Positions 25,311 to 39,444 of a stretch of 64,000 nucleotides of DNA are shown here, piece by piece. The position numbers were made by a program, and so were the translations under genes. A model generated the notes under the pieces. It did not search any database. It saw nothing but the letters and a program-made list of their open reading frames with translations, and was not told the DNA's origin. The DNA comes from Eukaryota sp. GEM-RC1 (taxonomy: Eukaryota): the NCBI GenBank assembly GCA_040285855.1, contig JAUFOQ010000004.1, forward strand, positions 1,178,001 through 1,242,000, in the 5' to 3' direction. How positions within the stretch are numbered: the first letter of the stretch is position 1; every line of letters begins with the position of its first letter.

Positions 25311-26556
25311 TCAGTAAGTATCAAAAATATCTGATCTGTTTGCCAGAAGGAGGAAATTCCGGCAGCATCCAGATCATTGACCATGTCTGGAACTTTCCTT
25401 ACCGTCCTAGACTAAGGTATCCATTGTCTTTCAGTAGATCTTGGCGTTCGACTTACTGATGTGTTTTCCTGTTAGCAATTCCGATTGCCTTCTTGTATAA
25501 CCACTTTTGTTTTTCTCTGCACTTCCTTACGAAACAATCATACTCTTGCCTCAGGATCACAAGCCTACTCTGGTATGATCATGTTAGTCACTTCTGAATC
25601 CCTCATTGATCTCTGATTCCTCGTGACTCATTCGAAGTTATCAGTTTCTTAGATGAGGACGCTGCGTTCGTTAGTCATGTGGCTGCTTTTTTCAAGAATC
25701 TATATGCTTGATAGAGTATACCTGTTGAACTCATTCATTAGACCTGTTTTGTTTCAACCTTCTGGTTTGGTTGTCTTCTTCTAGGAAACCCAGTTTGATA
25801 ATGACTATCTTTTTTTTTGAATATTCCTGTTTTTTTTTGACGGCTTTTTCACATGTTTGTTTAACACTTGTTGACCTGTGGCTTCCTTTCTGTTAGTCTA
25901 TCCCTATTTATCTATGGCTTATTAGTAACTGATCTTTCTGTTGAGTCTTGGAACATTTATTTTTATTTAGGAACTAATCAGCTTACTATTATATACGTGT
26001 AAACAAAAGATCAGTGTACTAATGTGATTCTGAATCGTTTTTCAAACTCGTTAATTCTTATTCATCAGAAACCATTTGTACAGTATGCGGTAATTTTGAG
26101 CATCGATCTGTGAATTTTTTTTAAAAAATGAACACTGCAGCGACTTGAGTATTGGTTTCTTTCAGCAAAAGAGTTTTCCAATGACGCATTTTGATGCTTT
26201 GCAAGTCACCACACATTTCTTCAATCATCTAAAAAAGCGACTACTATTAGACCAAGAAGTACCAAACAAAAACGTAGTATGGTGGTTTTGTTGTTACCAA
26301 TTAATTCAATTACAATCGTTTCGGCTCAAACGTGTTGAATGGTACTTTTGCAAAACGCCCAATTTTAGATTAGATTGTTGCGAAGTCGTTGTACTATTTG
26401 GACGGAAATGTGTTCATCACATGTTGGCAACACATTAAACTACATGTACCTAAAGGACGAATTCTCCAGTAGCCCTACTCAAGCTTTGAATTTTGTCAAA
26501 TTAACTCATTTTGTATTTAGCCTAGCTGTTTGTGTGTTTGCCTCAGTATAAAATTC

Positions 26557-27327
26557 TATAGATGGGAGCCGGCTCAAAATTTGCTCACGGCTCAACCGCA
26601 GGCATTAGCCAGCCGGCTGCGGCTTACAACACGTTTTAGCCAGCTCAAGCCGGCTCAGCCTCATAACTGCTTAAAAGTGTTATTGACTTGTTGGTTGATA
26701 TATCAATAAAATGATACAGAACCATTGTTAATACATCGAGTCTCAAAACGACACAATACTGATACCATTGATCAGTACATTCCATATTTCACAGCTTTTA
26801 TCATGTCACTTATTTTTGTGATTATCCCTTATAAATTTGACGGTTAGTTATTACTTGAATCTGTGAAACAATCGTAACACCACTATGGAATTGTCTGTCT
26901 GCCTAGTATAAGAAAACAGTATTACTTTTGAGAAGGTACTTAATTAGTTTTAAAAAAAACAGAGTCGTTGGCAGAAGATCTCTGACGGACTCCAGGTTGT
27001 TTACTGTCTAAGAACACAGTTATATTCATTTTAAATGGACGAAAACATGTAATAGACATATAAAGTGTCAGAAATAGTCACTGCGACAATGTAATTCAGG
27101 CACTGAATGTACTTTCAGTGCCCCCAAGAAAAACAGTAGGGAAATTATACGAACACATATCAACTATATTCACCAATTCTATTGTTGCTCGAACGTTGAT
27201 CAACATAAGTAGCCGTAAACTTTTCTGATAAGCGCTGTAAATGATTATTTTCGATTTCTAATTTCATTAGTCATTAATTATTAGCTATGTTTTCGGAGAA
27301 TCTGGCTTGAGCCGGCTCCCATCTCAA
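26557..27327. mobile_element. hAT-type non-autonomous element, 771 bp
   Basis: TIR core AGATGGGAGCCGGCTCAA / TTGAGCCGGCTCCCATCT; 8-bp TSD TAAAATTC/TAAAACTC; GGCTC/GCCGGCT subterminal repeats. Confidence 0.85.
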
Positions 27328-27473
27328 TAAAACTCACTTTTGTTGTAATTCTTCTATTTAACGACGCCCCAGGTGTACGATGCTGAAGTCCCCATATTAA
27401 TCCTAAGTAATATTATTGATATTTAATATAAACATACTATCAATACAAACTAAAGAAACACTTACAAGACCAA

Positions 27474-30400
27474 TCATTGAATCGTAGCAAGGAAGCTCTG
27501 AATACCACTTACTTTGGACATAATACCTTCAGGAATCATTTCCAAGAATTCCAGGGTTAGAACCTCTTCTTCTTTTAAATCTCTCAACATTGTACGAAAT
27601 ACAAAAACGTAAGAAGTCGCAAGAACAACAATAAAACCAATGAAAACGACCATAACATAAGTGGAAAAGAAGTCGATTTGTTTAATTGAGTAACTGTGAA
27701 TGTTATCGATAGCTTCCAATGACATTTCAGAAAGAGTATCAAAATGAATCAAAAGATTTGCCAAATCAGGACTAGAATTTGAATAATCTATGGAAATATC
27801 TTGAGTGGCGAACAATTCAGCGAAATTAATATAATTAATTAAAAAACTGTGAAGGCCATGATTCTCATCCAAAGAGGTGATAGCTTTAGAGTTCTTGATA
27901 AATTTACTGTCAAAAAGTAACTCTGTCTGTTTAAAGTCCTTGTCAATATGATTTACAACCAAAGCATGGTGAAGTCGTGTGAGACTATGAAGGGAAATTT
28001 TGGCATTATTTAAATAATGAACCTGTTGTTCTGAATCAATTAATGCAGAAACAACATCATTTGTAGATCGCGTGATTAGAGCTGATCTAGTGCCATAATC
28101 TTTAATTAATCTGGGCAAAGGTCGAAGTTGAGTAAAACCAATGAGAGATCCGAAATAAAACATTGATAGAATAATGAATAAAACTGAAAGTGAAACAACA
28201 TACTGTTTGGTATAATTAACCATTACTGGAAAAGAAATCTTTTGCTTAACATGGGAGGCTTTCAACTTTTGCTTAAGTCCAGATAACACGGTAAAGAAAC
28301 AGCACAATACAGTAGAAACAAGCAAACCAACAATCAAATATACTGTTACTTCTAAATTATTGACAAGTTTCGTATCAAATGGGTCAATAACATTCAGCAA
28401 AGTAATGGTAGTAGAACGTCGGATTTCTGCTAAAGATTCAACTACATCTCTAGTTAAAGATTGGAAATATTTAGAAGTAAGGATAGCCCTGGAAGCATTT
28501 TTTAAATATTCAACATCTTTTGCCAAATCTGTTTCTGAATTGCTGAGACTATATCCATGAGGCAAAAATCCAAGTGTTTCTTTCACTTAATGGTAATTGG
28601 TCAATATCCCAAGTAATATTAACTAAAGTTGATGACTCATATTCGGGAAGGTGACACGTGGCCAATTTAGAAATGATTTGAACACGCTGAATATACTCCA
28701 TCAATCTATCCTCAATCAAATCTAATTGAGCATTAATTGAATCAATAGCTTGTCCCAATGCTGGATGAGAGACAAAGCTAGAGTCAAATGATGCAACATG
28801 TTGACGTAAAGTTTGGTACGACTCCTGAGCTGATACAAAATGTTCAAAGGTATTTGAAAAGGTCAATTGATCAAATCTTCTTCGTAAAAGTTAAATTGCC
28901 ACTCCACAGCAATAACCCTGGCAAAAACTCGTCGAGATTCAAGAATAAGTGGAGAAATATCGTGAACAAAGACAGATTCTGCAGTAGTGGAGAAGTAAAC
29001 AGATGATGCAATGAGAACTACAAATAAAGCAACAAAGATGTACAACAAGAAACCAGCAACACGTAAACGTTTTCGATTCAAAAATCCAATGACACTTATA
29101 ATTATAACAATGATTGTGGTACTAATAATAGATGACCAGAAAAAAAGGAACTCGGAACCAACACCATTATAAACCTCATTAATAGAATGAAACAGCGAGT
29201 CTACAATGGCAAAAGCAGTACCTTCAAGTGTGTACAATAGAGAGAGGAAAACTGCAGCTAATCGTGAATTGTACTGAGCATTCCTAGCTATATTCAAACG
29301 ATCGTCCACTGACCTCTCAAGGTCTTGTTCTAGAGTAGAATACCAGAAAACATCGTCATATTCTAATTTGTCTCGGAAATAGTTAGTTTCAAATTGAGCG
29401 TCATAATAAAAATCATTAAATCTTGAGCAAAGAGATTCATCAACATCAAAAACAGAGCAGATTAATCTTCCAGAAATGAATTCGAGTCTTCTAATCGCAT
29501 TTGCATAAGTACCGACCTGTGAAATGGACAACAACTGATCTTCAGTCAAGTCAAGAGCAAGGAAACTGGTAAGAGCTCGTTGTCGTCTCCCAGAATGAAT
29601 TAAATTAAAATATTTGAGTAGGAATTGATCGTCACCAAAAGCAGTAAATAACTGTAATGCAGCAGACACGTCATGGTCAATCAAGGTCACGTCAGCAGCA
29701 GTGTTTCTTGCATCGAGTGCTACATGGAATTGAGAATTAACTTCATCATTGTCATTAGTAATGTTCAATAATAGAAAAATTGATACACCTCCAATAGCAA
29801 GACAGATGATCGTTAAAGCAATAATTAAAATATTGATTAAAATTGGAATTGGAACGTGTGTCTTGTCTGTCTCCTCTGAGGAATTCGTCTCTTGTAATTC
29901 AAACAAAACATCCTCATTCACTTTTAATGACTTAGATTTACACGAAACTTCAGTATCAGAATCTTCATCAGAAGATGCAGTCACGGAAAAAGAAGTTTTG
30001 GCTTTCCTTTTTTTCTTTCTCATATAATCAAATTTTGGATCATTCATCAATTTTTGAATTTCGGTTTGTGGAATATACAAAAACAAGTTTAATATGGCAA
30101 TTCGTTCATCAGTAATTTTGGTAAAAGATTTAGCGAACAGTACAAAACCAATAACTAAAATGACAACTGAAATTAAAATATTCATTAAAATTTGAATAGC
30201 GAATGAAAGACTGAAGAAAGAGTCAGAATCAGAAACTAACCAATCATAGATATTGTCAAGGGCGTTGGAGAATCCATTCAAACTTCCTCTGATACTGGTT
30301 AAATGTTCAAAAGTTAAAGAGGCACCAGAATCCAATAGTGTACCCGCTCTAGTACTATGTAAAGCTTGTGCAAGTCCCAATGTCCAGGCAGAAAGCACTC

Positions 30401-32711
30401 TAGCTTCTTCCAAAGGAGGGACAAAGTTATTGACCAGAATGACTGGGAATCTGAGCGTTCGCATCTCTGTTTGTAAGTCACTAGAAGGAGGTTTGATTGA
30501 CCTGTTATTGGATCTTGGACATGGAATTTCAGTGTAATCGTCATCTAAAGGGTGTAATAAAGATAATCTTCTCAAATGAAAAGTCAAATGTTCAGATTCT
30601 TTAATTAGGACATTAGCGAAATTTTCAGTGATTTGACCATTCAAATTTAAAAAAACACGCCCAGCTGTTAATCCAATCAACTCAGAAACAGAATGAACAT
30701 GGGAAAGTTCATATAATTGGTCAATTCGATCTGAAGCAGAAGCCAGAACATTAGCGGATAGAAGAAAAGAAGCAGCAGCAATGAGAGTCATAATGATGAA
30801 AGCAACTATTACTGAGAATTGAAGAACAGCAATGGCACTCCTTTTAGATTCTTGACCACCAGAAGTTGTCATTGAGTCGAGATTAAACTTTGAACTTCTT
30901 TTTGTTTTCTTCTTCTTTCCAGATTTTGAAATAGTAAACGATCCAGCATATGAACTGGCTCCTTGACTTGAATTTCTCTCACTAGCAGATAGCTCCTGAG
31001 CTTGTTCATCTAGAGCAATAGCACGTTCTTCATCACATTCAACTTCTCTAACATAGGATGCATAAGAAGTGAGTAGTGATTGTTGATTTCCATGTTGACG
31101 AAGTAATTGAGTAAAACTAGAAACAATTGTTTGTTTACTCTTGTGAACTATTCCTAGAATTGAAGGTAGTAAAGTTAAGTCAACTTTAGGTTTTGAAAGC
31201 ACAGTCCAAAAAGCATATAATCCATCAAGACAATCACGATGAAGTTCAGCTAAATGAGTTTGTTGACGCTGAAACAGAACAAAAGAGGAAGTGTCGACGT
31301 CTTGACCAGTTGATTGCTGTCTTCTGAGGGCTTCAAGTTGTTGAATTGCACGCCAAATGATGATGGATTCGTCAGGTTTACAGTCAATATCCAGAGTATT
31401 GATGGTACTTATAGTTACCGTTGCACTAATAGGATCCTTTAGAACATGAATTTCAAACAACAATTTTAAACATAAATACATGACATCACCAGGAAAGAGA
31501 CGTTCTCCGAAAGAATAAAGAGACTTAACAGTTAGAACAAGAGGGTTGCCCAAAGGTAGAGGCTGAAGAGCACGTGATAGCAGGTCAAAATAGTAGACAT
31601 TTTTGAATAATTTGGACATATGTGGAGAGAAATCATAGGTGTCAAGTTCATCACTTGGAGATCCTTCGACAATTAAACCGTTTTCAAGTAGTTCTGCATT
31701 AATCGAGAAAACTTTGGTAAAGATTCTCTTGATACGAAGACTCATGATTATATACCAAATTCCGCCAAAAACAACAAACAAAGGAAAGTACACCATTGAG
31801 TGAAAAACATCCTCCTCAAAATAATCTATTTTGATCAAAGAGTTGATGATAAATCCAATGGCAGTGCCAACCCAAATACCTAACATAGACATGTGTAAAG
31901 TATTTGCCGCTCTTTTGTAGAAGGAGACGTAGAAGTAGAGTTTGTAAGAGAGAAAGAGGGGGACCAAGAGATAGGAAACTCTAAAGAGCCAGAATCTACT
32001 GTGGAAGATGAAGAAGATAACCAAAATGTAGGTAATGGACATCAAATTCCAAAAGTAGAAGCGGTTATGAGACCGAGCAAAGCATCTCTTAGATGTGGGC
32101 GAGTTGTCGTAATAAACAGTCCATAGTAGAGCGAGACAGAACAAGATGACAGCACCAAGAAGACCAACAGATCTGTAGAGGAGAGACATAGATGAGGAGC
32201 AGTTTCCAGCGACGCCTTCTTCGAAAGTGATACCAGAAGGGTCAAAAGATCGGCCACAAGGAACGAAAGAGAGGAAGTAGGAAAGCAAGGGGACGTAGAG
32301 AACAGTGACAAGAATCTCGAGCGAAGATCGAAGGGAGAGGATGACATGGGAATTGATGGTTGGGCATGTGCAAATTACAATCAAAAAAATGGAAACCAAA
32401 ATCAGAGCGGCAAAGAGCGAGAGCAGAAGAGCGGGACCTGATAGCGCTGTCCAGACGCTGTAGAAGGGAAGCGATGCGTACGTAAGGATTGGTTCTAGAT
32501 CAAACACTTCGTGAAACACAGTCTCACGCAGAACGAACCCTAGTATTTGGATAAACTGGATGATTAACAGCGCGTAGGACCAGACGTTATGAGGTTTCTT
32601 CACAGAACCATGAAGAGATGCTACCCCAAATAACAGACGTTGAACCCATGTTTGGCGACCCTTGGAATCTTCGGCGGCTAACCTAGTGGTTGAACCAGAG
32701 GCTTGACTCAT
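27474..32711 (-). CDS. Large multipass membrane protein, TmcB/TmcC-like; two frameshifts (~28870, ~28590)
   Basis: N-terminal multi-TM block (IQFIQILG, YVPLLS, FARSHNRF), helical region (FW..L..; L..YASYV.EV..DEE.A), repeated TM-helical bundle-TM modules ending ER..IL.LF..IP, and C-terminal L.EE...T..FL.MIP. Confidence 0.75.
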
Positions 32712-33297
32712 TGGTGATAGGCGATGATGTTTCCTGTTGAATTAGATTGTTTTCCCTTCAGACCAGTATGCCATTTGCCTTTTCATGCCGCTCCTTGTTG
32801 GTGACTTCTTCTCCCCTTTAGACATATGTGTTTCTGAGATCTTTGTGTTCTATTGCGGAAGTTATCGGAAGTCCTCTCTACTGAATGGAACTAAGCCGAA
32901 GTCATTCTACTAGTATACCACACTACTAGATGCAAATCACATACATCTTCGTCCATGTTGATGATTCGACTTCTAATTCATTCTCAAAGAAATCAACGAT
33001 ACAACTGAACATGTATGATCTATAAATTGCCCAATAGAAGCAAAAGAACACTACGAAAGTAGAGGTACATATATTGAAGAGAATTAAACACGAAATAACG
33101 TATGGGAATGGTGATATACTAAAAAATGCTAAACGGCGAAAATATCGACAACGAATACATGAAACTACAAATTCACTTTTAACCACAAATAAAATACACT
33201 CAACGTTCATAAAAGAAACTAAAACCATCAACCGAAAGCCGTCTTGGTTGCTTTACTTGAAGATGAACAACCATTCATCGACTTGTAATGATTAAAA

Positions 33298-35448
33298 TCA
33301 GCTCAAGAAATCATCCAAATCCATTGTTAAAAGAGATCCGCTGTTAGTTTCACAATGAAACAAATCTTTTGAATTCTTTTCATTGTCATTACCTGAATCC
33401 AATTCCAAAGGACACTCCTTGACTTCTGAAGAAATCAAACGACTTCTGACTGCCTGATTGCCATCACTCTTCACAGGAGTAGAGCTCAGTCCTAACAATG
33501 GGGAAGGAGGAATGGACATTTTGAATTCAATCACACTTTCAAAAAGTCCCTTGATGACGTTTGAACACGCAGTGAACTGTTTGGGGGACAACTTAGCCGA
33601 AGTAAAGACTGGGAACAACACTGGAAGAACCATTGTACCGATAAGAGAGGGGTCAATTTTAAATATTTTAATTATTTGAGCAAACACGACAATTAGAGAA
33701 GTGCAAAAATGAGAATGTTTGAAGACTGAAACGTCGGTTGTAACCTTAACTAATACTGGGAACACGTGTTCAATAATGACTCGTTGTTCCAAATTTTGAA
33801 ATTTTGGTAACATTAATAAACACGCTGACCGTGAATCAACAGGAACTTTGTCAGAACCAATCAAATGTAATATTTTTGGTAACAAATCATTTTTGATTGA
33901 CGCAGGTGGCAGATACTCGAAAAACTTTGGAAGCTGCTGTACAGCCTGCTTTATCAACCCAACATTTGAACAAGTAAGGGATTTGAACAGAAAAGGTAGG
34001 AATAGATCAGGCAATATCGATGACTTATAATGATGACAACTATCAAATAGCAGCGATCCGTGTCCACAAAGCAGCTCAAAAAGATTTTTAAAATCAGAGT
34101 CTAATTGACCCGAAACGTCATCTTTTGCCAATTCGACAATCAATGGAATGATTGAAGGAAACAGATTTTCTGCAAAGTTTTGAAGTGTGATGAATTCAGA
34201 TACTTGTAAAATGATTGAAACCAATGTCTGGGTGTGTGAGGAAAGTTTCCGACCTTCAAGATCATGCAACTTTCCTTTTTTGGCCTTTTTCTTGGCGACT
34301 CCGCTTGAATCATATCCAAAAGTATTCATTAGCAACGTCAGCAGATAGGTGACGCTCCGAGACAAAAACACTGGTTCCAAATCAGGAACAATTTTAAATA
34401 AATCGAAAATATTTGAATTCATAAGATTTTCGTCATGAGTATAACACGCAGAATACAGATTTGAAACAACATTGATAGTGTGTTGTTGAAACAGATCCAT
34501 ACCTTGAAGATGATCCAAGCTGATTCGTTTTCTGTAATCACGCTCAAAACAAGAAGACAAGAAATCAAAAAGTAAATTATTTTGACTTGAACTTCCTGAA
34601 TTTTTTAAATTTTTAGTAATTTGGCCAATGGCTGACAGTCGACTAACAAATTGATTGAAACCCATGGGATTATTCTTGGTTTCACCCAGCCCTTCAATTT
34701 GTACAGCCAACGAATTAAATTGTGAAATATTTAAAAGTTTTGGTAACAAACGTGTTACAATCACACCCAGCTGCCAAACATTACAAACATTGGGATCAAA
34801 GCTCTTCAATGCAGATGATCCTATAGCAAGTTCTGGAGGAAGACAATCAAGTGGTGGTAACGTGTAGAACTCGTGATAAGGGAAGCTAATGTCAAAGAGA
34901 GGAGAAGTGGGCAGGCAAGTAAGGTCGTCATTGAGAGGGATGACATGGGAGAAGTTAGCAAGGCGGAATTCGAAAGCGGGAGAGACAATGAGGATGGAAT
35001 TTAAAGAGACGGCTAAATGAGCTAATTTTGCTGTTTCCAGTTAGAAACAATAAGGCACTACTAATTGAACGAAGCCCAAGAATCGCTTCGGATTGGGAAA
35101 AGTTTGAAGATGAACAGAGTTCGGATAGAGTACAAATAATGTGCTCAACAGGGAGGATGAGTGAGTGTTTTGATTCAGAGAGAGCTCCAACAGCCTTGAG
35201 GATAGAAGGATGTCTGAGTTTGACGATGTGGCTAGCATCTTTTTCAAAAAGGGAAGGAGAGTTTTGAGGTCCCGTTTGGAATAAGGTCGTTTATCAAAGA
35301 CCAACAGACTGACGGTAGTGTCAGTAGATTTATCTAATGCTGATGCTATACGCCAGAGATTCAGGAAACCATAACATGGTGATGTTATGTTATTGATGAT
35401 GTAATTTTTGAGGCAAGAATTAGACGTATCATGGAATTCAAGTACCAT
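33298..35448 (-). CDS. SCY1-like (SCYL2-like) pseudokinase with HEAT repeats; frameshifts at ~35247 and ~35027
   Basis: LWRI.SA..K.T...VSL.VFDK, KLRHPSIL, AHLAVS..SI.I, FRLANF, PPLD.LPPE, then HEAT-like IKNDLLPKI. Confidence 0.8.
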
Positions 35449-35544
35449 GAGTGGAAAACTGTCAAACAGAGAAAACGATTTGGAAATTTGAAGCAAACCG
35501 TTTCACCTTTTGACCTCATCAATACTCTTTGGACATATCTCAAC

Positions 35545-37497
35545 ATGCTTTCGACTTCTTTACCTGATGAATTACACAAACGAACAGATGATCTTGTTTC
35601 TGTTCTTCAACCTACTAGATCTTCAGACGAACATCGAGCTGCAGTTGTTAAACATATTTCTGTATGTCTGAGGACCTTCTTATACCAGAACTTAATCTTT
35701 GAATCTGTTGGAGGACATGTCTTTCAGTTTGGCTCCGTCCCTCTAAAAACTTATCTCCCTGATGCTGACATTGACATTGGCTGCTTTGTTAAAGGTATTA
35801 CCGTACCCCCTACTCATATTAGGCTCTACGAACGACGCATCTTGGTTGTCCCGAGTTCAAGTTGTTCTGAATAATGAATCACAAAAACGTAACCAAAAAC
35901 TACCTGTAACAAACGTCACATTCGTCAACGCTGAAGTCAAAGTTCTTAAATGTTTTGTAGGGGACTTAGCCATCGACATTTCTGCCAACCAAATAGGGGG
36001 ACTGTGTTCCCTTTGCTTTTTGATTTCATAGACATTGAAATAGGCCATAGCCATCTCTTCAAGCGTTCCGTTCTTTTTGTTAAAGCCTGGTGCTCCTATC
36101 ACTCTCGAGTTCTGGGATCCCACACCGGTCTCTTCTCCACATATGCTCTTCAAACCATCATACTCCACCTCTTTGTCCGCAACGGCAAAGAAATCAAGTC
36201 TCCGCTTGATCTTTTTGTTCTCTTTCTCGATTTCGTCTCTTCCTTCACATGGGACTCACACATCTGCACCATCTTTGGCACCCTCTCCCACACCCAACTA
36301 ATTGACGGTGACGTCCCTCCAGTAGATGACCTCCTCTCCTTAACTCCCTGACCCTGCCGAACCCATCCTTTCTAAGTCCAAACTGCGTGAGTTAGTCCTA
36401 GAATACAATGTTCTCTCCATTAGCTCAAAATGTCTCAAAAGGACGATCAAAATCCCGGAGCCTTTGATGACAATCTCAGACGACCATTTGCCTTCAAAGC
36501 CATGAACATTAGTGACCCACTGAATCCCAATAACAACCTAGGACGATCTGTTTCCTTTGCCAACGCTAACCGTATTCGTACTGCCCTACGACGTGGACTG
36601 TTAACACTGCGGCAGATAGCTACAATCACTCAAGAACGGCTCTCAGTTTTAAACCTGACACGTATTGACCTTCTTGATTTGTTCTTTAGAGACGTGTGGT
36701 TTCATATACCTACCGATAGGTACGAAGACCCCAAAGCCTCTTTTAAGATGAAGGACCAAAAGAAGAAGACCGAGTCTACTAAGACTAAAGCAGCAGCCCC
36801 TTCGGCTCCCTCACCGCCTGATTCCCCTGATAGCGTTTCCTCTTCGAATTACTCTGCCCCAACTAAGTTTGTACTACCGAGAGTTCAAACAGCACCGCCT
36901 CAAGTATCTAACTACACAGTGTCTGCTGATCCTAATCTGAGTACACGGTCGTCTCCTTCTTTTGCTTCTGTAGTTGCCGCGTCAGCAGTGCCACGTAATG
37001 GGATGCTGGCACCTGAGCCTATGATTCCTCTTGACCCAAAGCTACTAATGTTTTCTGATGGGTTTTTTGTTCGACAGTACGATCCGTTTTCATCAAATTT
37101 TAAATATATTTCAAATCAGTTAACCCAGGCGTTGATGGTGCATGGATTTACCCGGAGGCATCAACCTTCGACTAAAATTTTGTCAATTCCTGAACAGCAA
37201 CAGACCCCGCCTCAATCAAGTCCACCAGCAACTCAAACGTCATCAAACAATCAACAACGGAGGAGCAACTCGTCGGATAGGTCGAATTCCCGATCCAGTC
37301 GTCGTGATTCCGCACGAAAATCGTCAGCAGGAAGGCGGAGGGAGACGTGGACTGAGATTCCTAAAGGGAACACTAATAGACGTGGTGGAAGTAGAAAGAA
37401 GGACAGGAGACGTGACGAGAAGAGGACTCCTGAGAGTCCTTCCAAAGCTCCACTTTGTTTAACTTCGGAGGAACACTTTCCACCACTGAAGAGGTGA
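35545..37497 (+). CDS. Non-canonical poly(A) polymerase / nucleotidyltransferase (PAP/OAS1 substrate-binding family); one intron plus frameshifts
   Basis: FGSVPLKTYLPDADID, NAEVKVLKC, DISANQIGGLC.LCF, HLFKRS.L.VKAWC.Y.SRVLG.H.GL.STYAL, and DPL.PNNNLGRSVS. Intron 35795-35822; shifts at ~36020, ~36348 and ~36428. Confidence 0.88.
35795..35822 (+). other. Spliceosomal intron, 28 nt
   Basis: GTATTACCGTACCCCCTACTCATATTAG. Removal gives FVKG|STNDASW in frame. Confidence 0.85.
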
Positions 37498-38313
37498 TTG
37501 AGTTGTATTTATTAGATCAATTTATTGTGTAAATATGTATTAGTTGGGTTTATTAGTTCTAATTCTTAGTTTTGTTAATCATTATGTTTTTCATTTGTGA
37601 CCAAATTTAATTTTTGTGTTCGTTTAATATAAGTTATTTTAATTTTCCTTGAATCATGTTGAATTTCACTGTTTTGCAAAACCATAGTACGGCCCTCATT
37701 TTGCGTGCTGTCTCGAGTGTTTTGCCCAGCATATCCCAGTACTAATGTCCACTGCTCAACTGGAACTGATTCAAAATGAAATAAATTCCGTCTGTTATCC
37801 TTTGGAGATTGAGTGTAGAGAGTCAAATTGTTTTCCAGTACCTAGACTTGAAAAACGAAACAGATTCAAAACTTCTAACTCATTGACTTATTTGGGAATA
37901 CAATCCTGCCAATTACTATTACAGAAAATCCTTACAATTGATAACAAGACTAGACTACATTGTATAGGACTTCGGGATAATTTGTTAAAGACCCAGAGTA
38001 TTGTTTCAAATTCTTCAAAAAAAAACCCTATTAAAACGAATTTCTAGATTCTGAATAGTCTGTAGTACAACAGTTGAAGGGTATTGTGTTCCATCGTCAT
38101 CCTCGGGTAATTCTAGAATCAATCCAGACTTACTCCTGATCATGAATAATAGACAATAAGACAAATTATGTTCTTGTAAGGGCAAGTTTTGACAGCTTGT
38201 ACAGTTTTGATCTTCCCATCACGCTAATCAACGAGTATTTATGACCGCTGATGTGACTAGCAATTTGAACTTCCCCAAAAATATACCTTCCATTTCCTCT
38301 TATACTGACAGAC

Positions 38314-38805
38314 ATGAATGCTGCTGACAAAGATTTCACTCAAACCGAACTCGATGCTTTCATGGATATCGCAGTTCAAGAAGCTGCAAAAAACAAAACA
38401 TTAAAAGAAGGAGGGCCATTTGGTTGTTGTGTTGTCTCTCGCAAAACTAGAGAAGTTGTAGGACGTGCGCACAACCAGGTTTTAGCTACAAATGATCCTT
38501 CTGCTCATGCCGAAATACAAGCAATCCGAATGGCTTGCAAACATCTTAACTCTCATATCCTCAAAGATTGTGTCCTATTCACTTCGGCTTATTGTTGTCC
38601 TATGTGTCTCTCTTGTGTGCTTTGGTCAAGAATTGATACCGTGTACTTTGCTGCGGATCTTTCTTCAGCACATGACAAGGGTTTTGATGACCAGCTGTTC
38701 TATGACGACCTTAAGAAAGACTCGCCCACATTAGTTTCGCTGAGAAAACTACCACATCCTGATGCTGAGCGTGTGTTCTTCGAGAACTCTGCTCATACTT
38801 ATTAG
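38314..38805 (+). CDS. guaD: Guanine deaminase, Bacillus GuaD type (cytidine-deaminase fold)
   Basis: GGPFG, HNQV...NDPSAHAEI.AIR.AC, CCPMC, W.RI..VY, and GFDD..FY. Confidence 0.88.
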   Translation: MNAADKDFTQTELDAFMDIAVQEAAKNKTLKEGGPFGCCVVSRKTREVVGRAHNQVLATNDPSAHAEIQAIRMACKHLNSHILKDCVLFTSAYCCPMCLSCVLWSRIDTVYFAADLSSAHDKGFDDQLFYDDLKKDSPTLVSLRKLPHPDAERVFFENSAHTY

Positions 38806-39444
38806 TCTTCTTCCCTTTAGTCTTTTTCTGTTAGCGTAGTAATTTATTGTGACCGTTGTGTCTCTCTTTTTTAGAACTGTGGCTTTTGATTAGTTCATTT
38901 ATCTAGGTAAAGTGCTGGCTTTGTTTGACCGTTTTCTTTTCCTGTTAGTGTCTTGGAGCTCTATTATATTGTTTTTTTCTAAATCTCACTGAGTTATATC
39001 ATTATTATCAACAGTAACGTGAAAACCAAAGATATTTGAATCAGATAAGTCACATGTGATTGATGATTGATCATTGATCATTCTCACTCAATTTAAACCA
39101 GATACTGTTCCAACTGAACTTCAACTTATCAAACTATTTACAAGTCAAAATCTTCATATAATTGTTCAACTTTTAGAACAGAATTCACAATATTTATACT
39201 ACTGCATTGTATTGTAGTGGAGTTATTACGGTTTTATACCATCAGAATTTTAGGTAATGTATACACTTGTAAGGGACATTATCATTAGTGTACTCGTGAT
39301 GATCAATTGGCGGTTGTACAACTTCAATTAGTTTGAGTTAATAAACATTACAATTACAATTACAATCTTACAATGATTTGTAGTGTATCAATACACGTCC
39401 TGATTAACGAGTGATTCACCAATTGAAATAAAACGTCATTCACC

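Noticed and set aside
37745..38047. 100-aa ORF with faint LRR-like wording
   Set aside because: Too short and degraded; at most a pseudogene relic.
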